Origin: Octopus sinensis
Taxonomy: Eukaryota
Direction of reading: 5' to 3'
Assembly: GCF_006345805.1 (NCBI RefSeq)
Contig: NC_042997.1
Location: forward strand, 12,338,001 to 12,402,000
DNA length: 64,000 nt
Shown here: one piece after another, positions 10,527-22,162 of the stretch
How the letters are laid out: every line of letters starts with the position of its first letter
Numbering within the stretch: the first letter of the stretch is position 1
Program-made: the position numbers and the translations under genes
Notes under the pieces: model-generated
Databases searched by the model: none
The model's input: only the letters and a program-made list of their open reading frames with translations
What the model was told of the DNA's origin: nothing

Positions 10527-10582
10527 CTGGCTACGCTGCATTGAAAAGGGGCAATACCCCGAAACGCGTCTGTAGCTGCCGG
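10527..10582 (+). ncRNA. Minimal type I hammerhead ribozyme motif (U3-A8 core variant), copy 1
   Basis: Stem I GCTGCA/TGTAGC, extended by CTGG/CCGG past an internal loop. Core TTGAAAA, stem II GGGG-CAATA-CCCC, then GAAA. Palindromic stem III ACGCGT and GTC triplet with predicted cleavage after 10570. Confidence 0.8.
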
Positions 10583-10886
10583 TCAAGTAGTGTGGAGCGA
10601 CTGACCTCCTTGTTCGAAGGTTATATGGATACAGTTTGTGTATCAAATAGCTAACTTAAGGCGATGGCCTCATGGAGCTAATAAGCGGACAGCTTTTTTC
10701 TTATTTTTATAAGAATGCCATATTAGTATGGCGATAACTATTATTTTCCGGGAACGCTGCCGCTGTTCTCTTTTAGAGAGACTTAGTTATTTTAATATTT
10801 CTATTATTGAAAACAAGTGGATGTATTCCACCGAAACTAGGTAAATAAAACCATCGAACAGAGATTGTCGGAAGCGACACCTACTG

Positions 10887-10942
10887 CTGGCTACGCTGCA
10901 TTGAAAAGGGGCAATACCCCGAAACGCGTCTGTAGCTGCCGG
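10887..10942 (+). ncRNA. Minimal type I hammerhead ribozyme motif, copy 2
   Basis: Identical to copy 1, 360 bp downstream. Predicted cleavage after 10930. Confidence 0.8.
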
Positions 10943-11168
10943 TCAAGTAGTGTGGAGCGACTGACCTCCCTTGTTCGAAGGTTATATGGATACAGTTTGT
11001 GTATCAATAGCTAACTTAAGGCGATGGCCTCATGGGCTAATAAGCGGACAGCTTTTTTCTTATTTTTATAAGAATGCCATATTAGTATGGCGATAACTAT
11101 TATTTTCCGGGAACGCTGCCGCTGTTCTCTTTTAGAGAGACTTAGTTATTTTAATATTTCTATTATAT

Positions 11169-11264
<96 letters not shown>

Positions 11265-12017
11265 CGAGAGAGAGATGGAGGGAGAGAGATATCAATTAAG
11301 AAACAACCGAAAGAGCTACTAATAGTTACTCGCGATTGTGTTTTTTCTAAGTTGTATTAAACTGCGGCAAAATTCACTATTATTTTAAATGCCAATAGCA
11401 TTATTCTCTCACCCAATACCATTTCCTTCTTGCAAAATCGCATTCTTCATTGTGTCTAAATTAAAAGTATTAGCTATTTCTGAGAATTGTTGCAGCAGAA
11501 TTGAATTCCTCTAAATAATAATAGAAAACTCCTAACCTCGAAACTTATTCTAATCGCAATTTTCTCATTGCAATAGTATTAGTATTCAGCTAGCTTTAAG
11601 AAAAGCTACGTCGCAGTATATAAATTTCCTCACAAGCGAAGCATTCGGAAAACAAATCAACATTTCATATATCAATTACTTTGAATGACCTCATTGTCTT
11701 ATACCCACTAGGTATTTAAGTTATTACACTTTACTGCCTAAGGAAGAGTAAAAAGCCCTGGTCGGCAAAGCTAAGTTGATTAAACCTGTAAATTTACATC
11801 ACCTTCCAGCTAATCTTTTGTCAGCTAATGAATTATTACCAATCGGAGAATGAGCAACTTCCTCACACCAATATTTCCTTATTATTAGTAGACTGTAAAG
11901 GAACGAAGGCAAGAATGCTGTGAATGATATTGATAAATATATTGTATAAAACAATGCACACACAAACACACGCACACACACACACACACATACACCACAC
12001 ACATACACGCACACGCA

Positions 12018-12055
<38 letters not shown>

Positions 12056-12320
12056 GTCTCACTGATATAACAGGCATTTTCAAACAGATAATTGCAGGTG
12101 TATGCGCACATACATCCATGGGATACATAAATACATACACACTATTTCACACTCACGCTCACACACACATACGCTGACACAGACACACACACACACACAC
12201 CACACACACACACACACAGATATACACGTGAATGTTCATTTCTGTTATATACAATAGAATGAAATAAATATATTACTCAAAATACACTTACTAACGAAAA
12301 TCTACTGTCTTTCATATAAA

Positions 12321-12383
<63 letters not shown>

Positions 12384-12490
12384 CACGTTTAAATATTTGT
12401 TGTGCAAGATTTTTTATGTGAAGTCGTGTGTTGAAACAGATATTGTTATATTTTTATTGGCTAAACTGGCAATATGACCATTCCGAAATA

Positions 12491-12521
<31 letters not shown>

Positions 12522-12604
12522 CATTTTTTTGTTATTAGATACATTTCTCTATGAAATTTGATTGATGCAAATACACTTATATTACATATATATTCTATTG
12601 AGTA

Positions 12605-13004
12605 CTAGCAGTATCGCCCGGCGTTGCTCGGGTTTGTAAGGGAAATAACTATATAAGCATTTTTAGAGAGTTATAGCCAAAAAATAGCAAGAAAATGCAT
12701 TAAAAATGGAAAAAAAATGATGGTAAATTTTTTTTAAATCGTTGACTCATCTTAGACATTGTTAGAGAGTTACTTCCCTTATATAATAGCGGAACAATGC
12801 ATTAAAATGGAAAAAAATTATGGTAAATTATTTTTAAAATCGTAGACTCATCGTAGACGCGCGCTAATACCCAGAAGGGTTCGATATGAATCACGACTAT
12901 AAGATACCAGGTTTTGGTTAAACTGCACCGCAAAATGTGGGAGTAGTTAGGAATTTAAATCGTAGGAGACAGACAGCACACAACCTCACTTTTATATATA
13001 AAGA
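12605..13004 (-). mobile_element. Non-autonomous Helitron
   Basis: On the minus strand: 5'-TC start, subterminal hairpin cccgagc-aac-gccggg, CTAG-3' end, inserted between A and T. A second copy lies at 20950-21342. Confidence 0.8.
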
Positions 13005-13109
13005 TTTAAACATGTTTTTTTTTTATATTAAACACTCTTTATTTCATATGTTTGAAGATAATATTCACGCTAGAAGGGTCAATTTTGAATGTGAATTATT
13101 CTCACAATC

Positions 13110-13520
13110 GAGGCTTTATGTTACGAAGTTTGCTTCCCAACCACATGTTTTCGGGTTCAGTGCCACTGTATGGCACCTTGGATAAGTGTCTTCTACTATA
13201 GCTTTGAGCTGACCAATCCCTTGTGGGTGAATTTGGCAGACGGAAACTGAAAGAAGACCATCGTACATATTTATATGTGTGTGTGTGTGGGGGGGGTATG
13301 TGTGTAGCCTTGTATATATCTTTGAGTCTGTGTTTGTCCCCCAACACTGCTGTCAGCCGGTGTTGTTTTATATACTTCCCCGTAACTTAGCGTTTCGGTA
13401 AAAGAGATCTATAGAATAAGTAAGGGGCTTAAAATTAATAAGTACCTCGTTCGACTAAAATTTATCAATGTGGTGTTCCAGCGTGGCCGTCGTCTAATAA
13501 TTTAAACAAGTAAAAGATGA
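13110..13520 (+). mobile_element. tRNA-derived SINE family A, degenerate
   Basis: Diverged match to the family A consensus (ccacatgg..gggttcagt..gacggaaactgaaagaag..cgactaaa..gcggtgctccagc). Confidence 0.7.
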
Positions 13521-13582
13521 ACCGTAAAGATGTGCTCACAAACGCATACGTACATATACACTCACAATGTTTAGTAATATAT

Positions 13583-13713
13583 GGTGAAGGCGCATGGCTC
13601 ACTGGCTAGAGCGTCAGGTCTTAACTTTTCCCTTGGAGAATATCAGTGGTGTGGAGAGGAGAGGCTTATATGCATGGGCGACTGCTGGTCTTCCGCAAAC
13701 AACCTTGCCCGGA
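13583..13713 (+). mobile_element. 5' part of a split SINE (family C); its 3' tail appears at ~15312-15365
   Basis: Head ggtgaaggcgcatggctc followed by gggcgactgctggtcttcc..aaccttgcccgga. The recalled continuation (aactt.ctaggtgcaatccca..gtcattcatgaccaaagggg) resumes at ~15312. Confidence 0.5.
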
Positions 13714-15311
13714 GGCGAAAATTTATTTCTCATTAGAGTTCCGGACTCATTTGCATATAGCTAATCAGAGCTCACCTTGACCTTGTTCTCAAGTTAACAA
13801 AGGTCGGCATTCAAAATGGCGACCTCCAATTGCCATGCGAAACTTGCATTGTGCTCTGATTCAGATGCCAATATCATCGAAACTGAATATATACGCTGGT
13901 TAGCGTATAATGCAACTTACTATAGCAATCGAAGATAATGTTTTTGACGAATATGAAAGTGCGGAAACTGCTTGAAGGTTCTATATACGTTGATACATTC
14001 ATACAAATTATGAGGAGTGGCTGGGTGGTAAGTAGCTTGCTAACCAACCACATGGTTCCGGGTTCAGTCCCACTGCGTGGCATCTTGGGCAAGTGTCTTC
14101 TACTATACCCCCGGGCCGACCAATGCCTTGTGAGTGGATTTGGTAGACGGAAACTGAAAGAAGCCCGTCGTATATATGTATATATATGTATGCGTGTGTG
14201 TGTTTGTGTGTCTGTGTTTATCCCCCTAGCATTGCTTGACAACCGATGCTGGTGTGTTTATGTCCCCGTTACCTAGCGGTTCGGCAAAAGAGACCGATAG
14301 AATAAGTACTGGGCTTACAAAAAGAATAAGTTCCGGGGTCGATTTGCTCGACTAAAGGCGGTGCTCCAGCATGGCCGCAGTCAAATGACTGAAACAAGTA
14401 AAAGAGTAAAAGAGAAAAGAGAAAGAGTGTTTGTATTCTTAATGTATTTTTGGCTATCCGAGTCCCACATGTGCATTTTCCTGTGGTCTTCAGCGAAAAA
14501 CGAGTTTTATTTATTTTAGACTAGAGACATATGAAAGGCAGCTCATCGATATCTGCAACGACAGACTAGACAGAGTGCTCCAGTTTCGATTTCTTCTTGG
14601 TATCACGGCTGGATCTAACATTGATCCACACGAAATTGTTAGGATTGCTGACAGTGAGAACTTGTTCATGGTTCCAAGTAAGACAGATGATTCAACAACC
14701 TACATCGTAGATATTGTTCTCTGTGTGTGACAATGCAGGAAAAAATAATTGGATGACCATGCAAGCATCAATACCTGGCTGTCAAGATGTTCAACATCCT
14801 CTCATCCTAGAACTTCATTCCTGTAAAGGATCCGTCAATGAGGGCGTTGCTTTACGAGGTGGCCACTGGTTGTTCGAATGTGCCAAAATAAGGATTTCTC
14901 TCCCTGAACCGCCAGAATGAACCAGATCAAGCGGACACCAACAGCATAACGACGGAGTGTGTGAACAATGCAAAAAATGAACTTCTTTGTGCTGACCGTG
15001 ACGACAACTGCTTGGAGTCGAACGATCAGGAAAATGAAAATGACGGAACTGACTGCGAGGATATGGAGATTTCAGACAGTGAACACGATGATGTGACAAA
15101 TCCATGGCTAGAAAATTGACACTTGCAACGCTCTCTTCAAAACGAGTTTGATACACAGTAAAATTTTGATACACGTAGTTGCACATCAAAATCAAGTGCT
15201 GAGGATGGAAAAGACCTAATAAACCATGGGCTAAACAAAGCTTTTCTTTTTTTTCAACAAATTTATGTTCAAGACAAAGAATTCCTTGGGGGACCAGTAA
15301 AAAAATTCACC
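13714..15311 (+). mobile_element. Decayed DNA transposon with SWIM zinc-finger remnant (MULE-like), containing a SINE A insertion
   Basis: Frameshifted peptide FMVPSKT..TYIVD..CV.QC...CKHQYLAVKMFN (SWIM CxC..CxH) at ~14660-14800. Imperfect inverted ends GGCGAAAATTT / AAAATTCACC. Confidence 0.45.
14012..14428 (+). mobile_element. tRNA-derived SINE family A
   Basis: A-box-like tggctgggtgg, B-box-like ggttcagtccc, internal TA/TG microsatellite, and (aaaagagt)n tail. Confidence 0.9.
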
Positions 15312-15430
15312 CAGAGGAACTTACTAGGTGCAATCCCATTGTCATTCATGACCAAAGGGGATCTTTATATATATATATATATTATGTATGTATGTATGTA
15401 TGTATGTATGTATGTATGTATGTATGTATG

Positions 15431-15464
<34 letters not shown>

Positions 15465-15929
15465 TGTATGTATGTATGTATGTATGCATGCATGTATGTA
15501 TATGGTAACAAATAGAGTGTTAAACACTTATAGCGTGTAAATTAAAAGCTTTAGTTCTCTGTTGTGAAAACAATTAATATGTATACAAAACGACAGGCTA
15601 CTCGTTTCTCTGGGATCGATCAATGAAGATTGAAAATCAATTAAGGCTGTTTATCATGCCTTTCAATCTGTGTATTTTGACGTTTGTAAGTGTACTACGA
15701 TGTTTTACAAATATATTCTATTATATTATATCATATCATATTATATTATATCATATATTATATTATACTATATTATATTATATCACATTATATCATCTAT
15801 TATATTATATTATATTATATTTCATTAGATTATAGTAATCTGTCCGTGTTGACGAAGTGTGTTCAGTTCTTTTATTAAATGAACCATCTACTACTTGAAA
15901 TAACATGTAAGTGATTATACTTTGATACC

Positions 15930-16180
15930 AGGCGCGTGGCCTAATGGTCAGGCTGTTGTTCTGGCGATGGTGTGTTTGTCCCAGACCGGGCGGCACGTTG
16001 TGTTTTTGAGCAAAGCACTTGAATTCACGTTGCTCCATCCTCCTTCGACCAGCAGAGAATGTTGGCTTGTTCGCTTAGTCAGGTGGGTGGCGTTATTCGA
16101 AGGTTAAATTATGCAAAGTGCATTGTGAAAAGCGATGTGTAACAATATTTGTTAGTCCAGTCAGTCACGTGACCACATGA
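15930..16180 (+). mobile_element. tRNA-derived SINE (family C-like), degenerate
   Basis: Head ggcgcgtggcctaatgg and body gttgtgtttttgagcaaagcacttg..cacgttgctcca. Related to the minus-strand copy at 48600-48845. Confidence 0.55.
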
Positions 16181-18066
16181 CGTTATTCAAAATGGCGGAA
16201 TGAATATTCTACAGTGTAACAAGGCTGACACATCTCCGAGTAGTTAAGTAGTCCATTTCACAACCACATAGTTTCCATTTGAATGCCATTTTGTGGAGTC
16301 TCGGGAGCAAGAATCCACAATAGCCTCGATTCGACTAAAGCTTTCAGAGCTCAATTTGGTACATGAAAACTGTACGGAAGCCTGATGGAAATCCGGTTTG
16401 TGTTCTTAGTTGAGTGACATTGAATTTCGTCTGGTTTAATAGCAGCACCTGGAAGTTAAGTAACTTTATTAGACTATACTCTGCCGCAAGTATCCGACCG
16501 AAGTGTCCGGTCTACGAATAACTTACTTCCTTCTTTCTGCAAGTCTCACATGTGCCAGGAATGGACATGAATCCCGGATATTGGACTTACTTCTTTGATT
16601 CAATTTGTTGAAAAGTATTTTGAAGGAAATATTAACTTTAAACGTTAAACGTTATACTTTTCGTCAGAAACATGAATATATATCAGGGGTCGGCGAACCG
16701 GAGTAAATTACTCCGAGTGGGGTAAAAATGAAATTTTTGCAGGTAATGAGGACTCATTTGACATAAGCAAAATTATATGAAAAACGTGTTCTTTATTACG
16801 ACTTAAACTTTTCTTCTGGCAATCAGAAATTTGGTCCAACCGCAAACAGAAATCGTCTTACGGAAGCATATCACTTTAAGGCGAGTCACTATGTGTGAAG
16901 GAAGTATCACAATATTAACAATGACCAACATATTTCTGTCTTGAGCGAATGTTCATTATATCTTCTGTCACAACACGGTCAAACAGTTTATCTATCAATA
17001 GCCTACGTGATAATAAATAATGCGCCTTAATGGTGCATACACGAACGAGTTATTTGATAAAGATTTCTCACATAACAATAAATACAATCATTTATGAATT
17101 AGGAATGAATATAAATGAAGGAATCCATCAATCATAATAACACGCTTCGTGAGTACTTGAAACTGTTTTTTTTTTTATCAGAAACTGTTTTCCAGCAGAT
17201 GCACAACGAACAGAAAAAATTCCTCGTTAGTTACCGTCCAAAAAGTCATTACAATTTCACACCTTTAACGATGATATTGTTCGTTATTAGTGGTGTCAAC
17301 AGCAAAGAGCAGCTAGGAATAATGAGCGAACGTGGAGAAAGTGACGAACTCATACAGCTCAATGCACATACATATTTGTAAGCACAAGCACGTGGTTTAT
17401 TATACCAAACGTTTAGTTCATGCTATCCATATATCTAAAACATGAGCGTTTTCTCCAGAATATCTACCCAAATTTTGAACTAACGGAAAGATAAGTTATT
17501 CGCTGTTTGTTATATAGCATAAAGTTAATAAACTACAGCGAAATTCATTATCACATATACTCGCATTTATTCTGAAAAACCTTTACTTTTATAAACGTTC
17601 TGTCTGGACTGCAGGGTAACTTCTCAAACATTTCAATGATTATTCCCTTGAGGTCCCTAGACAAATACGAAACAGAGTACATTTAATAATATCTAAAAGA
17701 GAAAGTGAAAATAGAGAAAGCCTCACCTACTCCACCAAATCTCAGGCCTAGTCGGCTTAACCTAAATTAGTTCGTAGTAACCTTAGAGAATGTTCTTGCT
17801 AAATCTACCAACCTGACTTCCTACCAACAAGCCAAGTTATGTGTTCTCACCCAATATTTCCTAATCGAAGCTGACATTCAATTGCACTTAAAGTCACGCT
17901 CATTTTTGCACATCTTTCACATCATTCGCAACCTTTTCCTTTTAGGCACGACCACCACCACTACCACTACCACTACCACCGCCGCCGCAGCCTTCTCCTC
18001 TTCCTCCTTCTTTCCACTAACGCGCAGTCGGTTTTTGAAGTGTGCGTACGATTATGTAAGCGTACA

Positions 18067-18102
<36 letters not shown>

Positions 18103-18335
18103 TGTATACGTATAATATCTAAGTATGTGTTCATATATACATATATACATACACACATACATACGCACACACTTACACACACATGCACACACGCACGTGC
18201 ACACATTTATAAACATTTATAGCCAGCTATCGGTGTATTATACTTAATGTAAAACTAATATCGCTTCTGTTGCAGATAACGGATACATGCATACATACAT
18301 ACGTACTTCTACATGTATGTATGTATGAATGTATG

Positions 18336-18398
<63 letters not shown>

Positions 18399-18521
18399 AT
18401 GTGTGCGTGTGTAGTTATGGTATATTCTATAAAGAACGCAGTAGCGTACAGTACATGTATATTTATATGCATACGTATGTATACATATACATATAGAAAT
18501 ATAGAAATATTTATGAACACA

Positions 18522-18601
<80 letters not shown>

Positions 18602-19030
18602 TATTACATATATAAGAGCCCCACGGTCATCTCTGTGTAAGTCTACACCTTGAAGGACATGTGCATATGGATTACATATAGCATATAATGTGGTTCGAAA
18701 TAAGAGACGTTATGCACAAATCTATAGCTAATCGAATATAAGTTATATATGACATGTTTTTATGCATTAAGTGATTAAGTGATTTTAGTTTATAGTTCCA
18801 GTCATTAACTCAGATGCAAATTATACGTATACCGGGATTTGGATTATATTTCTGAGGCCCTACATCGGTCTAAAATCTGTAGCTTGTCTGTTTTTCTAGA
18901 ATTCCATATTCTTCTACATTGTTCTCTTATGTTCTTCATTAATAGTTTGGTAATAAAAAAATTAGCACCTAATTTTTTATCATCATGATTACTAAGGAAA
19001 TGACTCAAACTTCTGACAGTTAAATCAATT

Positions 19031-19063
<33 letters not shown>

Positions 19064-19073
19064 ATCTATATAT

Positions 19074-19133
<60 letters not shown>

Positions 19134-19145
19134 TATATATATATA

Positions 19146-19184
<39 letters not shown>

Positions 19185-20949
19185 TATATATATTATATAA
19201 AATCCGTTCTGTCTGTGTGTGTGTGTCTTCTCAGATCTCGGGCATCCTCCATCCGATTGCGCTCAAATTTGATCTGTAGATACCGACAGTATCAGCGCGT
19301 GTATAAGTCTTGAAAAAATTATAAAAATCGATTCCAGGTGAGAATGAGACCGATAAAGCCGTTTTTGTCCTACTTTCCTTCCGTCAACCTGTACATAACT
19401 GTACCTTCCATTTTTTTTTTATTTTTGTATTGCTTAGAGGCACGTTTCTTTCCTGCCAAGCTTACTGTTTAACCCATGTTTGTGTTCTCCCAGTCAACAG
19501 CTTTATCATTACTGGTACTTTAAACTCTTCGGTTGTTTATTTGTGTGAATAAAATCGTTTTCCTTTGGAATAGAAAAGAAGTCTATCTTTATTTCTTCTT
19601 TTGCTGTTGTCTCAACAAGGACATTGTTGATTAAATACAAAAATGAAATATATTATATTTTCAATTGTTAACCTTTTCTGTCATCATAGTTTAATTCAGA
19701 AGTTCGATTCGAATTTTCGGTTACATATGTAGATATATATGCGCAGCTAGAATTCTAAGCGATTTTACCTTCAGGTTAGTAATTCTTAAGGATTTTTTCC
19801 CCAAAATTGTGTTTGCATTTGTTCACATCTGTGCTCCAGATTATTATTATTTAACAAAGGTTGCATGCATTTGTCATCGTGGTAACCTTCTACTTTGGCA
19901 ATGAACGAAATGTTTATGCCTGATCTAAATATATCTCCAGGTAAATATTTTTCAAAATACATTTGAATTGGAGAACTTTGATTGAAGAAATGTAGGCTCG
20001 TGCTCAGCTGAGATTATATAACCCAGGTGAGACTACAAGTCACAGGTGATATTCCCTTCTTGCTACAACTGTGCCACTGGCTAACAGACGGCTGTTGTTA
20101 ACCGCTCTCTGGCTAGTTTTATTATTACCAAAGACGCTATCATTCTTACTAATAACATTATTTTGACCGCATCTCAGCAATGAATGATGTGGTATCATTC
20201 ATGCAGCCTTATAACTCTGATGTCCTTTTAATTGGTTAAGAAAGTCACAGTACGAAGGACAACGGCAGAAACACCACTGGCAAGAACTTTATCTAATGAG
20301 AGGATCTGTACACGTAGAAATAACAACCAAATCTCCAACAAGCCACACAATGATGTTTTGGGAAAAGAAAGGACGCATTGGATAATATAATCCTATTTTC
20401 TCCTGAAGTAACGTGATAGTCACCGATGGAATGCATTTGATCATATGTCAGCTCCAGCATGGTTGACCTGGTGTTAAGCAACACGAACAGCAACATCAAC
20501 GATAAAAGCATCAATGTACAAATTTCAACAACAATGACACCACTTGAAAATGTTGAAGTATATTTTGTTATTTTCCAGAGATGTTAGCATAGAACCAACA
20601 ATCACTTGAAAGCAAAAAAGAGGGAGAAATGTGTTGAGAAAGGAAGTGAGTCAAGTCATACCTTCATATGAACAAGATCCTGTCAAATATCAAGTTTCAT
20701 AAATATCAAAGGAGATTATCGTATTTTTCCGGTTCTCTGCACTTTCAGTTCAAATCCTGCTATAGATTTGAATTAAATCATTTGTATTGAAAGTGTTCTG
20801 CTTTTGGATTGTCTATGAAGTGCTAAGCCTCAGAATGTTTTCACTTAGATTCTTTGGTCCACCTTCTTCATTAGACTTATATTTACTATTAACTGGAAAT
20901 GATTGTATGGGTCACTTCACTTTTTGTCTTTGGACATATACTTTATATA

Positions 20950-21342
20950 TCTTTATATATAAAACTGTAGTTGTGTGAGTGTCTGTCCCCTTCGATTTAG
21001 ATTCCTAACTACTTCCACATTTTGCGGTGCAGTTTAACCAAAACCGGGTATCTTATAGTCGTGATTCATATCGAGCCCTTCTGGGTATTATCGCTTGTCT
21101 ACGATGAGTCTACGATTTTAAAAATAATTTACCATCATTTTTTTCCATTTTCATGCATACTTTTTTAAAGGGAAGTAACTCTCTAAAAATGTCTACAATG
21201 AGTCAACGATTTAAAAAAAAATTACCATCATTTTTTTCCATTTCTAATGCATTTTTTTGCTATTTTTTTGCTATAACTCTCTAAAAATGCTTATATAGTT
21301 ATTTCCCTTACAAACCCGAGCAACGCCGGGCGATACTGCTAG
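20950..21342 (+). mobile_element. Non-autonomous Helitron (second copy)
   Basis: A|TC 5' end, 3' hairpin and CTAG|T end. Highly similar to the reverse complement of 12605-13004. Confidence 0.8.
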
Positions 21343-21624
21343 TATATATATATACATGTATGTATATACATACATATGTATATAATTTAGAAAAACAAAC
21401 CTCTATTAAGTAATTCAATAGTGAAACACGTTATTCACACCATATAGGAATAATAAGTTTACTATAAAAAGCTTAATCTAAAAATCAATAACGTACATAA
21501 ACAATAATTTGTAAATAGTAGTAATGAAAGGGTCTGTACACGCATATCACATCGGTTAGAAATATTCCCTACTATTATTATTATATACATACTTATATAT
21601 AAACACATACAAACATGCATACAA

Positions 21625-21670
<46 letters not shown>

Positions 21671-21706
21671 CTATATATATATATATATATATATCTATAT
21701 ATATAT

Positions 21707-21747
<41 letters not shown>

Positions 21748-21749
<2 letters not shown>

Positions 21750-22161
21750 TTTCTTTTTTTTCTTTCTTTTATTTGCTCCATTCGTTTGACTGCGGCCATG
21801 CTGGATCACCTTTAGTCAAAGAAATCAACCCCAGGACTTATTCTTTGTAAACCCGGTACTATTCTATTGGTCTCTTTTGCCGAACTGCTAAGTTACGGGA
21901 ACGTAAACACAACAAAATCGTTTGTCAAGCAATGGTGAGGGGACAAACACGGACACACAAACATATACACATACACACACATATATGTTTAGAAATATGT
22001 AAATATATATATATACATATATACGACGGCCTATTTTCAGTTTCCGTCTACCAAATCAACTCACAATGTTTTTATCGGCCCGAGGCTATAGTAGAAGACA
22101 CTTACCCAAGGTGCCACGCAGTGTGACTGAACCCGGAACCATGTGATTGGGAAGCAAGCTT
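21748..22161 (-). mobile_element. SINE family A lacking the first ~25 nt of its head
   Basis: Reverse complement matches family A from aagcttgcttcccaa onward. It abuts the 3' end of Tx1 element 3. Confidence 0.85.
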
Positions 22162-22162
22162 C

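Larger units (their letters stand above)
4748..11165 (+). repeat. Tandem array of a 360-bp hammerhead-ribozyme repeat (retrozyme / non-autonomous Penelope-like pLTR type), ~2.65 units plus 82-bp 5' inverted segment, interrupted by a Tx1 LINE
   Basis: Near-identical units start at 4828, 10571 and 10931 (period 360). 4748-4829 is the reverse complement of the unit segment catattagtatggcg...ttttaatattt. The array ends in (TA)n at ~11165. Confidence 0.9.

Noticed and set aside
10509-11165. Tandem repeat as a possible CRISPR array
   Set aside because: The whole 360-bp unit repeats, with no unique spacers and no cas genes, in a eukaryotic context.
16164-16198. GTCACGTGAC E-box plus AAAATGGCGG YY1-like motif as a promoter
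   Set aside because: The E-box lies in what appears to be the 3' tail of a SINE, and no gene follows.
16684-16720. hAT-like terminal sequence CAGGGGTCGGCGAACC
   Set aside because: No matching opposite TIR, TSD or transposase remnant was found.
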